Virus record (IMG/VR): IMGVR_UViG_3300025470_001263
DNA from: an uncultured virus (IMG/VR IMGVR_UViG_3300025470_001263)
Lineage: Duplodnaviria > Heunggongvirae > Uroviricota > Caudoviricetes
Length of the DNA stretch: 64,000 nucleotides
Strand: one strand, 5' to 3'
This document shows, in pieces, positions 53,124-62,364 of this stretch. Within the stretch, counting starts at the first letter, position 1, and every line of letters begins with the position of its first letter. The notes beneath the pieces are model-generated. The model was not told the DNA's origin and searched no databases. It saw only the letters and a list, made by a program, of their open reading frames with translations. The position numbers and the translations under genes are program-made.

Positions 53124-53484
53124 ATTCTTCTAATAAATTTAAATCTTTTAATTTATCAAGTGACTCCTTTTTAAATAGTTGTTGTAACTCTTTTACTTTC
53201 TGTTGAAATAATTTTTGTTTCTCTTCTTCTTCCTTATTAGTATTGATAATCTCTAAGGCACACGCAAATACAATATCATAACCTCCTTGTGTTGCTTGTG
53301 AAATCAAAGATACTAATGTATATTTTTCATTTTTATCTTGTTCTTTAACCTGAATACTTGTATAAGGTTTAACAATCTCAATATAAGCCCAATTCAGAGG
53401 TACTCTGATGTCTAAACTTACATTGTTTTGTATTTCTCTTAGAGAGTGAAAATGAGGTCTTAATGCTCTTATATTGTCAAACAC
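53029..53484 (-). CDS. Hypothetical protein with acidic tail
   Basis: ORF with a GTG start. Confidence 0.65.
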   Translation of the reverse strand: MFDNIRALRPHFHSLREIQNNVSLDIRVPLNWAYIEIVKPYTSIQVKEQDKNEKYTLVSLISQATQGGYDIVFACALEIINTNKEEEEKQKLFQQKVKELQQLFKKESLDKLKDLNLLEEYGQEDTTGVGVVGQGDTEGPEGDTEAQESDD

Positions 53485-53488
53485 GTTA

Positions 53489-53665
53489 TTAAATTAAAAA
53501 ATATGTGATTATGTAGGCTGTAGACAAATAAGCAAAAACTTGTTCTGCCTTTGATAACGCCAATGGTGTGGGTTCTTCCTGAAACAATCTTAAAATGAAT
53601 TGAAAGCTTAACATAAATGAATATAAAATACTCAATATGAATAAAAATAGTTTAATTTCCCGCAT
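53489..53665 (-). CDS. 58-aa two-transmembrane protein
   Basis: Not in the ORF track. MREIKLFLFILSILYSFMLSFQFILRLFQEEPTPLALSKAEQVFAYLSTAYIITYFLI fills the gap exactly. Confidence 0.7.
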   Translation of the reverse strand: MREIKLFLFILSILYSFMLSFQFILRLFQEEPTPLALSKAEQVFAYLSTAYIITYFLI

Positions 53666-53840
53666 CTTGTTTCTTGATTTCGTTTAAAATTTCTTTACGG
53701 TAGATTCCTATTAAAGTTTTTATTTCTTGTGCGTGTTTTCTGGCTCTTATCGATGCACTTCGGTTACCTTTTACGTATACTTTCTGAGTATCTACCGACA
53801 TCTTTTCAACCAGCTCTTTTATTTTGGATAATGTTTCCAT
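53652..53840 (-). CDS. Histone H1-like Hc1 family small protein
   Basis: KGNRSASIRARK...YRK resembles the KGNKAAGxRARK motif of Bacteroidota/chlamydial Hc1. Confidence 0.7.
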   Translation of the reverse strand: METLSKIKELVEKMSVDTQKVYVKGNRSASIRARKHAQEIKTLIGIYRKEILNEIKKQDAGN

Positions 53841-53879
53841 AATTAATTTCGGTTTTTGATATTAATATACGGAATTTTT

Positions 53880-54335
53880 TCATTTTTTCAAGTTTTGTTC
53901 AAACAATTTATACACTTCTGTTAATAAATCAAGTTCAGACCTTGTTTTTTTATGATTGAAGTTGAAAAGTTTGGTAAAGTAATCTTTAATTAAATCTTGT
54001 TTATCCTCAATCTTCACAAAATAATAAGCTTCTCTGAAGAAGTTCCAAAAATAACTCTGTAAATTTCCTCTTTCTTTGAAATAGATTTTTTCTTTTGAAA
54101 AGCTTTCGATTGTTTTATCCCAACACCATAAAAAATGACCCATCTGATCCTCTTCGTAAGTCATTACATCGGGGCCCAAATAGGTATTTTCTAATAACTC
54201 ATAAAGGGATATTATAAAATCAAAAAAAAGCTCGGTTTTTTCGTGTGTTATGTTATAAGCTTTATACCAAATATCAATCTGATGCTTATAATTTTCCGAG
54301 GATATAAACTCTAAATAATTTTCTGTATTTTCCAT
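53880..54335 (-). CDS. Hypothetical protein
   Basis: Intact aromatic-rich ORF. Confidence 0.7.
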   Translation of the reverse strand: MENTENYLEFISSENYKHQIDIWYKAYNITHEKTELFFDFIISLYELLENTYLGPDVMTYEEDQMGHFLWCWDKTIESFSKEKIYFKERGNLQSYFWNFFREAYYFVKIEDKQDLIKDYFTKLFNFNHKKTRSELDLLTEVYKLFEQNLKK

Positions 54336-54383
54336 AATTCTTCTATACTATAATATAAAGACAAATTTATGGAAAAAAAAGAA

Positions 54384-55928
54384 TTATTGAGTTTTTTTAT
54401 TGTAAGAAGCGATATTTTTCATTTTATTCATTTCTTCTAATAAAATATTTGAAAAATTAACTTTTGACTCATTAACAGGAACCGCTTCTTTAGGGTAAAG
54501 AACTCTTTTTTTCTTATCTTCCTCTCTATCTTTCATTTGTTTTTCTATCTTCTTTCCTGTTTCAGGAGTTGGGATACTTGAACCAGATTTTTCTTTAGCT
54601 TCTTTGCCTTTGTCAGCACCATTAGATGGTTTAATAGATGGTTTTTCTGTTGTAGGTGCGTTACCCATTTTAGCATCACCATCAATTGACATTTTTAATC
54701 TGTCTTTGAATTGTTTAGACGGTTCGATATCGTAAGTTAAATTAAGAGGATTCGCTTTGTTTTTTGCAACTTCTTCATCTTGTTCTTCACTATTTGTTCT
54801 TGCGATTTTTTTCTCTTTTTCACCAACTTGATGTGGAAATTCAGGATTATCATTACCTTCAAAAGAAAGATAATCTTTCATTTTTTTCTCAGTATCTTTA
54901 ATATGATCGTCGTTTTCTTTTTTACTTGCTTTCTTAGATTTGTCAGTGATTGTAATACCCGGTACACCTGGTAATGATTCTTTTACTATTCTCTTAATTA
55001 ATTCAACCATTTCAGTTTCAGTCAAACGAATTGTTCTCTTCTTTGATTCACTCATTGGTTGTTGCTCAGTTGGTGTATAATAAGCATCATTATCTTTAGC
55101 GTGCTCATCCATCATTTTACCACATTCTGTGCATTGCATATTTTCATCCAACGGTCCATAGCACTCATCACAAACCATTTCATCAACAGGTTGTTTTTCA
55201 GTTGGTTGATATAAATCACCGTCGTGGTCTTTATCGTGTTCATCCATCATTTTACCACATTCCATACACTCACCGCTTTCCATTAATTCACCACCACATT
55301 CATCACAAACGTGTTGTCCTTCTTCCATATGCATACCATCTGTTACTTGGTTAGCTCCACCTGCAGCATCTTCTTCCCACATTTGTCCACCACATTCCAT
55401 ACATTCATCATTTTCATTTAAACGACCACCACATTCATTACAGATTTTTGCATTGAACTCTTGTGGGTCATTTTCGTTAACTTCTTTTTTACCACGAAGA
55501 ATTGCAAAATCTTGTGCATCAATATGACCATTATGATTTGCGTCCAATTTTTTTTGTCCGCCTTTTAACATTTCTTCCATTGATTTTGTGTTTTCCATAT
55601 TTTCTAATTTTTCTCCCATAGAATCCAATTCATCTAACATATGGTCCTCTGACTTATATGATTTTTTTTCGATGATAAATTGTTTACCAGGATATTTTTT
55701 CTTTAATAGATCGATGTGTTCTCTTACTTCTTCTTCGGATTTACAAGTCGCAACTGGTTCACCATCACACATAATGTGGTAAACTTCGTGTTTATTTTCA
55801 GTATCATTTTCGTTTACTGAAGGGTTTCCACCGTTACAAGATTCACAATCATATTCTTTTAATATGTTATTTTTAATCTTTTTTGTCACGGTTTCTTCGA
55901 TTATCTTGTTTAATTCGCTAACTTTCAT
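54384..55928 (-). CDS. Probable head-associated protein with repeated CxxC-x-CxxC motifs and an EF-hand-like loop
   Basis: Three CxEC...CxECG units; DANHNGHIDAQD; IRLTETEMVELIKRIVKE; late motif upstream. Confidence 0.55.
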   Translation of the reverse strand: MKVSELNKIIEETVTKKIKNNILKEYDCESCNGGNPSVNENDTENKHEVYHIMCDGEPVATCKSEEEVREHIDLLKKKYPGKQFIIEKKSYKSEDHMLDELDSMGEKLENMENTKSMEEMLKGGQKKLDANHNGHIDAQDFAILRGKKEVNENDPQEFNAKICNECGGRLNENDECMECGGQMWEEDAAGGANQVTDGMHMEEGQHVCDECGGELMESGECMECGKMMDEHDKDHDGDLYQPTEKQPVDEMVCDECYGPLDENMQCTECGKMMDEHAKDNDAYYTPTEQQPMSESKKRTIRLTETEMVELIKRIVKESLPGVPGITITDKSKKASKKENDDHIKDTEKKMKDYLSFEGNDNPEFPHQVGEKEKKIARTNSEEQDEEVAKNKANPLNLTYDIEPSKQFKDRLKMSIDGDAKMGNAPTTEKPSIKPSNGADKGKEAKEKSGSSIPTPETGKKIEKQMKDREEDKKKRVLYPKEAVPVNESKVNFSNILLEEMNKMKNIASYNKKTQ

Positions 55929-56495
55929 TTATATAAATATCTGTTTAATTTCATTTAATACAATTTTTTGAACGTCTTTGTAAGGTACATTCAATTTCTG
56001 AGCCACTTCAGAAATGGCATTATTCAACTCATCGTAATTTTCGTGAATGAACTCAAGAGCATTGATGTCTCCCTTATTACAATAAGGGAATTTTTTGCAC
56101 TTATCTTTTGGTTTAACATAAACTCCTCCTGGACCTCCAAACTTTGGCCATTTCTTATCTTTAACTGCTCTACCTTTATAGATACTATCAGGACCATCAA
56201 TTTTTAAAGGGTTCTTACGTCCTTTTGGTGATGTACCAAAAGCAGGTACTGTGTATGCTCCCGAAGAACTTGCACCAGTTGCTTCATCTGCTTGTATCTT
56301 CTTCTCTTCGAAATTGTTAACTTTTTTAATTCCTTTTCTTTCACCACCAAAAGCAGAATTACCATTATAAGCTCCTGCAGAAGATGCTCCCATCATTTCA
56401 TCAACTTCTTTTTCTTTATCCATTTGACGGTCTATGTTACATATACATTTAGACATCGGTCTATCACATCCATCACAATATTTTTTGTTTTCCAT
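55929..56495 (-). CDS. Hypothetical (probable virion) protein
   Basis: Repeated DExxGASSxGAY; CKKFPYC. Confidence 0.6.
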   Translation of the reverse strand: MENKKYCDGCDRPMSKCICNIDRQMDKEKEVDEMMGASSAGAYNGNSAFGGERKGIKKVNNFEEKKIQADEATGASSSGAYTVPAFGTSPKGRKNPLKIDGPDSIYKGRAVKDKKWPKFGGPGGVYVKPKDKCKKFPYCNKGDINALEFIHENYDELNNAISEVAQKLNVPYKDVQKIVLNEIKQIFI

Positions 56496-56496
56496 A

Positions 56497-56730
56497 TTAT
56501 CTTACACTTTTTAATGCTGATTCCCAAGATGACTTTCTTTGCCATAATGTTTTAAATAATTCTACAACAACCTTAGTAGATAAATCGACAATCTTTTCGT
56601 CTATTTTTTTTGTCCCCAACTCATCCTGAATCATTTTTACAACAAGTTTAGTTGCGTTGGTTGAACTCATAAAACGTTCAATTTCTTTCTCTACTATTCT
56701 TTCAATTTCTTTTTTATCTTGTTCTGTCAT
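56497..56730 (-). CDS. Hypothetical protein
   Basis: ORF within the operon. Confidence 0.65.
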   Translation of the reverse strand: MTEQDKKEIERIVEKEIERFMSSTNATKLVVKMIQDELGTKKIDEKIVDLSTKVVVELFKTLWQRKSSWESALKSVR

Positions 56731-56735
56731 ATCCC

Positions 56736-57314
56736 TTAAATCATTGCTTTTCTTTTATTCAACAAATCTTCCATCGCAGTTTTGAATGTTCCTGTATTGA
56801 ATTTCAATAAGTTAGTGATAGCTTCCATTACATTATTATCCACAGCTAACATATTTGCATTCATATAAAATCCTTCATCTTTCCCTGCAATAAGTGTGAA
56901 AATTACGTTATTGTCTCCTTCAAATGGAATTTTACCATCTAATCTTATTTGATCTGGTGTAAAAGTAAATCCTGGATCGTAATCAGCTAATTGTGAAACT
57001 TGACTTGAAAAATTGTCAATTAATTGTGAGATTGCATTTTGTTGAGCATCATCTAAATCTTTACCATTTTCATAATGTACATCGACATCATTAATATTAG
57101 TAACGTCGTCTGCTCTTTTTTCACTTGCAACGGTTTCCTTATTTGAACCGAATTCAACAGGTTGTTGAGCTGCATTTGAGCCTGCATTATTTGGTGGCGA
57201 ATCAAACTGTCCAGCTTCTTCTTTTATTATTTTATTTGTTGCTACTTTAGATTCGTTAAGATTTCTAATAGTATTCAACATTTTTTTAGTCTGATCGTAA
57301 TTGTTCATTTTCAT
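56736..57314 (-). CDS. Hypothetical (probable virion) protein
   Basis: ORF with a TATTTATA motif ~50 nt upstream. Confidence 0.65.
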   Translation of the reverse strand: MKMNNYDQTKKMLNTIRNLNESKVATNKIIKEEAGQFDSPPNNAGSNAAQQPVEFGSNKETVASEKRADDVTNINDVDVHYENGKDLDDAQQNAISQLIDNFSSQVSQLADYDPGFTFTPDQIRLDGKIPFEGDNNVIFTLIAGKDEGFYMNANMLAVDNNVMEAITNLLKFNTGTFKTAMEDLLNKRKAMI

Positions 57315-57915
57315 TTGTATTATTGAAAAAAACCCTAAAATTGAAAGAAGGGTTTATATCTGTATAAATACTTGAGAAATTCGATTTACATACAATTCCT
57401 TTGAAATTAGAAGCATTTTCAAGATATCCTTGTGATGGTGGGGTTTGTTTGATTATATTATGTTTGTCACATAAAAAATTACATAGCTGAGATAAAGAAT
57501 TTAATTGTCCTTCATTGTACTTATCCCAAAAATGGTGATTTCTCCAATTTTTGACATACGGTTCAGCTCGATAAGGATCGTCTATCCAATTGTATAAAAC
57601 ACCTGTAATGGTATTTTTGGTCAGCCATCCTAAATTTTCTATGGCTATTTTAATCATTTTTTTATCTACATCAGGTTTATCAAATGTATTTGAACTATAG
57701 TTTGTGTCAAATAATTGATATACGTTTCCCAATTTTGTAACAATGAAATGAGGTATATCATTGTACTTACCGTTTTTACGATGTTTTATTTTATTGATAA
57801 AATCATCAGCTCTTCTTTGTGTATCATATAGAAATATCTGATTTTTAACCGTTTTCTTCTTAACGATGTTCAATTTAGTTTTATCTAATATTTCTACGTC
57901 TTGTATTGTTAACAT
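57286..57915 (-). CDS. N-acetylmuramoyl-L-alanine amidase (Amidase_2)-fold protein
   Basis: PHFIVTKLGNVYQL, IAIEN, YNEGQLNSL...LC...I, DINP. The Zn-ligand positions look degenerate. Confidence 0.6.
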   Translation of the reverse strand: MLTIQDVEILDKTKLNIVKKKTVKNQIFLYDTQRRADDFINKIKHRKNGKYNDIPHFIVTKLGNVYQLFDTNYSSNTFDKPDVDKKMIKIAIENLGWLTKNTITGVLYNWIDDPYRAEPYVKNWRNHHFWDKYNEGQLNSLSQLCNFLCDKHNIIKQTPPSQGYLENASNFKGIVCKSNFSSIYTDINPSFNFRVFFNNTNENEQLRSD

Positions 57916-58202
57916 TTCTTGATGCTACTCTTTTTTCTATGTGTAATGGTGGTTGCACGGGTTCATCTTCAGTAGTTGGTATTATAACTTGGTTATTTTC
58001 CAAATCATAAACCACTGAATTAGGATTTGTTTCATCCTTCTCGACGTGTATTTCAACAGGTTGGGATGGAGTTGGTTCCGGTGTATCGTAAATAATCCTT
58101 GGTTTTCCGTATTTGTAATATAACGGAAGGTTTATTGCATTATAAGGTGAAATTGTTGAACCCAATGTTGGAGTTGGGGGTTCTTCTAAAGATTTTTTTT
58201 TT
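57881..58202 (-). CDS. Probable -1 frame C-terminal extension of 58186..59631
   Basis: Frame is open from just upstream of the A10 run and has only a TTG start; same Pro/Glu-rich composition as the upstream protein. Confidence 0.5.
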
Positions 58203-59631
58203 CGTTGTCCTCTTCAGGTACAACGTCTAATGTCGTTGGTTCGTTACTAAATGTTTCCGTTTCAACATCGTTTAAAACTTGTAACATATCATTGGGAAGT
58301 TGCCCTTCTTCAAATGTTAATTCAGGTTCATTGTCTACTGATTCATCAATTGGAATGATTAATTCTTCGTTTTCTTGGTAAATATTTTCGATATTTGTTT
58401 CAATAGTAGAAAAATTTTGTTCTTCTTCATCTATTGATGGTTCAATAGTAGAAACTTCTTCATCAATCATCGGATTATCAAATGGTTCATCATATAAACC
58501 CATATCCTGATTATTTTGTATCATTTCACCAATCGGGTCTCTATATGTTTCTTTAATAACTTTATAATCGTTATCAAGTCCACCTTTTTCTCTTGGTCCA
58601 CTATTTGCTAGTGCACCTGTCGGTTCATCTTCAGGAAGTACAGGACCGTGTAATGCTTCTCTTTGAGCCTCATATTTTTGCATTCTTTCCCAAACTTCAT
58701 CGGGAAGATTTGACCAAGGTTTTTGATTCACTTCTTCTTCATACTTCTTAGCACCTTCTTTCAATGCTTCGTTTGGTTCGACTGGTGTTTTAGAAAATAT
58801 ATATTTTTCTAAAATTTCTAAATCATTTTTACTTAGAATAAGTGGAACTTCATCTGTATCAATAGTATCTTTAATTGGTTTATTTTCATTTCCAGTTGGT
58901 TTACCATCCAATACCAATTGATTGAATGCAATTACTAAAGCAATTGCCAATGGATCGAAAACAATTACTATTAATATTATGAAAAATTTAACTACGGAAT
59001 TCAACGGTACGTTAAAAGCTTGCGCAACAAATCTGAATCCTCCAACTTCTTTTTCCAAGTTAATATTATTATTTTTAATTTCGTTGATATGGCCATTATA
59101 AACAACATTTGAATCTTGTAACGAACTTATTTTATCTGATATAAGTTTTGTTTGTTTATCACGATTATCGATAGATTTTAATAAACGATTGTTAACTTTA
59201 TTATCTAATAATTTACCTTGGTTTTGTTGTAAATTAGTTAATTGTGTTGTTAAGTTAGTAATTTGAGAAGTGTTGGAAGTAATTTTATTATTCCAAACAT
59301 CAATTTCTCTTTGTACTTGTTCTAATTTAATATTTTGTTGTTGGAAAGCATTTGATAGGTAACCAAATATACCTGCAGACGTAATTGTCATTAGGATAAC
59401 GACAGAAATTGTTAGGTACCATTTATTAATACCTTGTATCTCAGACCATTTTTGTTTGAGGTATGTTGCGGTAACTAATTTAGCAAATTCTAAAGAACCA
59501 GCCATAACCATAACGGCAATTGCTGCTCCGCTAAATAATACCGCTAAACCTGTTACTGAAAAATATGCTGCGCTACCAGCAATCATAAAAGCAGCAATAG
59601 CTATCAAATATTTTAACCAATCATTTCTCAT
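58186..59631 (-). CDS. Membrane protein with coiled coil and long acidic tail
   Basis: Three N-terminal TM segments, coiled coil, FDPLAIAL TM. Confidence 0.8.
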   Translation of the reverse strand: MRNDWLKYLIAIAAFMIAGSAAYFSVTGLAVLFSGAAIAVMVMAGSLEFAKLVTATYLKQKWSEIQGINKWYLTISVVILMTITSAGIFGYLSNAFQQQNIKLEQVQREIDVWNNKITSNTSQITNLTTQLTNLQQNQGKLLDNKVNNRLLKSIDNRDKQTKLISDKISSLQDSNVVYNGHINEIKNNNINLEKEVGGFRFVAQAFNVPLNSVVKFFIILIVIVFDPLAIALVIAFNQLVLDGKPTGNENKPIKDTIDTDEVPLILSKNDLEILEKYIFSKTPVEPNEALKEGAKKYEEEVNQKPWSNLPDEVWERMQKYEAQREALHGPVLPEDEPTGALANSGPREKGGLDNDYKVIKETYRDPIGEMIQNNQDMGLYDEPFDNPMIDEEVSTIEPSIDEEEQNFSTIETNIENIYQENEELIIPIDESVDNEPELTFEEGQLPNDMLQVLNDVETETFSNEPTTLDVVPEEDNEKKNL

Positions 59632-59634
59632 GTA

Positions 59635-60450
59635 TTATAAATATTTTAATAACTCATAACTCTCATTTCTGAGTTTTTTTATTGCTTTATCTCTCAATTG
59701 TCTAATTCTTTCTTTAGTACAACCAAACTCTTCACCCAAATCTTCTAAATTAGACTCGATACCATTCAAACCATAATATTTTTCAATAATCACTTTTTCT
59801 CTTTCATCAAGGTTTGCTAATAATTGAGAAACTTTCTTTTTTATTTCTTCAGGAGAATTAATAATGTCTTCAGGAGTTTCGCAATTGTTGTTAGGTATGA
59901 TATCAATTAATTGATCACCATCCTCATTAATATCGTTATATAAACCAACACAATATGGATATGAGCTATTTTCACTTTCGTTAGCTAATAGACCTGAAAT
60001 CAACAAATAATTTTCGTCATTTAGTTCATCCTTCCTTTGTTTTTGTGCATCTTGAATAATATTCGATGGGAGCCTGATAGTTCTTGAATTATCATTCAAA
60101 GAAGAAAATATTGTTTGTCTAACCCAATGAACTGCATATGAAATAAATTTAACTCCACTAGTAGGGTCGAATCTTTCAGCTGCTTTAATCAAACCTAAAT
60201 TACCTTCCGAAATCACATCTAACAAATCCATACCTTGGTTTTGATACATTTTAGCAACAGAAATAACAAACCTTAAATTACCTAAGATTAATTCATTATG
60301 TAATTTTTGTTTGGTTTCTTTGTCTAAATTCTTATTTGTTAAAATTTCAAAAATTTCTTCTTGTCTTTCGTGAGAGATTACAGGAATTTTGCGAATATCT
60401 TTTACATATTGTGCAATTTCCTCTGCGTTTAAAATTGTTGATTTTTTCAT
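59635..60450 (-). CDS. Phage-encoded RNA polymerase sigma-70 family factor (RpoD-like, no region 1.1)
   Basis: NLRFVISVAKMY, EGNLGLIKAAERFDP, FISYAVHWVRQ, TKERIRQL. Start placed at ATG 60450. Confidence 0.9.
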   Translation of the reverse strand: MKKSTILNAEEIAQYVKDIRKIPVISHERQEEIFEILTNKNLDKETKQKLHNELILGNLRFVISVAKMYQNQGMDLLDVISEGNLGLIKAAERFDPTSGVKFISYAVHWVRQTIFSSLNDNSRTIRLPSNIIQDAQKQRKDELNDENYLLISGLLANESENSSYPYCVGLYNDINEDGDQLIDIIPNNNCETPEDIINSPEEIKKKVSQLLANLDEREKVIIEKYYGLNGIESNLEDLGEEFGCTKERIRQLRDKAIKKLRNESYELLKYL

Positions 60451-60497
60451 TGGTAGTATGTGCGGTTGGTTTGTGTTATAAAAATACTGAAAAAAAA

Positions 60498-60938
60498 TCA
60501 ATTTTCAAAATTATCTAAGAAGTTTTTTTCTTCGGGAGTTAAACTTTCTACCCCCATTTTTTCTATCTTATCCAATAGTTGATCCAAATCCATTGATTCA
60601 GGTTTATGAAAATCCAATAACATCATTGTACTTTCCGAAAAAGGTTTGAATATAAAATCTTTAACATCTTTGGGAAGATGTGCTATGACAATGCTGTCTC
60701 TTTCAAATATGAAATAAAACTTAATATTTTCATTTCTTAATGCCTCATTCAATTCATCTGATAGAGTTACATCATCTAAATCTGAATCAAATATTATAAT
60801 AATATTGTTATTGTTGGTCTCAATAACATACTTCAATGAGTTTATTGTTGGATTCATACCGAAAACTTCGGTGCAAAAAAATTCAACATCTTCGTGATCA
60901 TCGAAGTCTGCAAATAAAAACAAAATAAAAGTCTTCAT
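60498..60938 (-). CDS. Hypothetical protein with C-terminal LDxLLDKI..G..SLT..EK helix pair
   Basis: ORF sequence. Confidence 0.65.
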   Translation of the reverse strand: MKTFILFLFADFDDHEDVEFFCTEVFGMNPTINSLKYVIETNNNNIIIIFDSDLDDVTLSDELNEALRNENIKFYFIFERDSIVIAHLPKDVKDFIFKPFSESTMMLLDFHKPESMDLDQLLDKIEKMGVESLTPEEKNFLDNFEN

Positions 60939-61598
60939 TTATTTATGTAATTGTATCTTCCAATAAATGCCACCATTAATGTATGGGGACAATGTACCTG
61001 TCGTTCCGTTTGAGCCATTAACACTATTAGATATACCTAATCCTACTTGATATATTTTATCAGTTTTTGTTTTAACTAATAAGCCTGTTCCTAAGTTAGC
61101 TACAACATCCTTTTTGTTGAACCCACCATTGAATCCCCAAAAAACTTGTGTTTTTGGTAATTCTTTAACGATTGTAAGCTCTTTAATTGTGATTTTGTTA
61201 ACGTTACTTTTCCAAGTTCTTGATAAAATATTGTTCTTTTGAATAGTATCCGTTACTGTAACATAACCTAAAGAATCTTTTAATTTCAAGGTATCTTTAT
61301 AGACATTTTTGGCGAAGAAATCTTTTAGAATTGATAGAGTGTCAATTGGTTTATCTGTGGGAATAGGGACATAAATTGTGGTATCGTGGTATATATCTTT
61401 ACCTTTTTTAGTTACGGTTTGAGTTACCGGAACGTATTGAGTATCAATGGTATGTTTAAGTAATTCATACTTTTTACCATCAATCTTTATTGTTTCACCT
61501 TGTTGAGTCTTTTTATGTCCACAAAACTGAAACACCACAACCCCAATAAGTATTAAAACCGCGATAGTTTTTATATCTAATTTAAATAAATTCTTCAT
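60939..61598 (-). CDS. N-terminally membrane-anchored protein (possible lysis/spanin-like or lipoprotein)
   Basis: TM followed by Cys (VFQFCG), DT-rich middle region, beta-rich C-terminus; late motif upstream. Confidence 0.5.
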   Translation of the reverse strand: MKNLFKLDIKTIAVLILIGVVVFQFCGHKKTQQGETIKIDGKKYELLKHTIDTQYVPVTQTVTKKGKDIYHDTTIYVPIPTDKPIDTLSILKDFFAKNVYKDTLKLKDSLGYVTVTDTIQKNNILSRTWKSNVNKITIKELTIVKELPKTQVFWGFNGGFNKKDVVANLGTGLLVKTKTDKIYQVGLGISNSVNGSNGTTGTLSPYINGGIYWKIQLHK

Positions 61599-61630
61599 AT
61601 TGTCTTTTTTTATAAATATGAAGAATTTAT
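61586..61630 (-). promoter_or_regulatory. Perfect 16-bp inverted repeat covering the start codon and the late motif
   Basis: ATAAATTCTTCATATT-N13-AATATGAAGAATTTAT; TATAAATA at 61611-61618; ATG at 61598. Confidence 0.7.
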
Positions 61631-61645
61631 CTTTATTCCCTATGA

Positions 61646-62317
61646 TTACTTTTTCTTAACAATCTCGTCGATAATACCATAAGTTAATGCATCGTTAGCG
61701 TCTAACCATAAATCACGACTAGCATCGGCTTTAACTTGTTCAGGGTCTTTACCGCAGTAACTCCCTAAAAGATCAAATAAAATATTATTGACTTTCTCCC
61801 ATTCTTTGAAAGTTATTCTTGCATCTTGGATATTACCACCTGCACCACCTGAGGATTGGTGTAACATCGTTGTAGAGAACCTTAAAGCTCCTCTTTTACC
61901 TTTGGTACCTGCTCCAAGTAAAACTGACCCCATAGAAGCGGCCATCCCCGTATTAATGGTTCTAATATCGGAACTAATATACTCCATAACGTCTACCATC
62001 GATAAACCTGATTTTACAGACCCACCAGGACTATCAATATGCATTGTGATGTCATTATTGTCGATACTATCCAAAAACATTAATTGAGCTTGAGTAACAA
62101 CTGACATGTTATCGTTTACTTCACCGGCCACCCAAATGATACGTTCCATCATCAAACGTGAGAAAACATCCATCTGCGTAACATTCAATTGTCTCTCTTC
62201 AAGAACATATGGTGTTAAACTGTTAGATACTTTTTGATTATAATAATGTAAGTTCATTGAACTTATACCGCGGTCTTTAGCGTATAGACCAAAACTTTTC
62301 AATTCTGATGGGTTCAT
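61646..62317 (-). CDS. clpP: ATP-dependent Clp protease proteolytic subunit
   Basis: DVFSRLMMERII, IDSPGG, GMAASMG (catalytic Ser), MLHQ, RDLWL. Confidence 0.95.
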   Translation of the reverse strand: MNPSELKSFGLYAKDRGISSMNLHYYNQKVSNSLTPYVLEERQLNVTQMDVFSRLMMERIIWVAGEVNDNMSVVTQAQLMFLDSIDNNDITMHIDSPGGSVKSGLSMVDVMEYISSDIRTINTGMAASMGSVLLGAGTKGKRGALRFSTTMLHQSSGGAGGNIQDARITFKEWEKVNNILFDLLGSYCGKDPEQVKADASRDLWLDANDALTYGIIDEIVKKK

Positions 62318-62364
62318 AATTTGTGTTTTTATATGAGGAACAAAGATATGTAACTAAATTTAAA

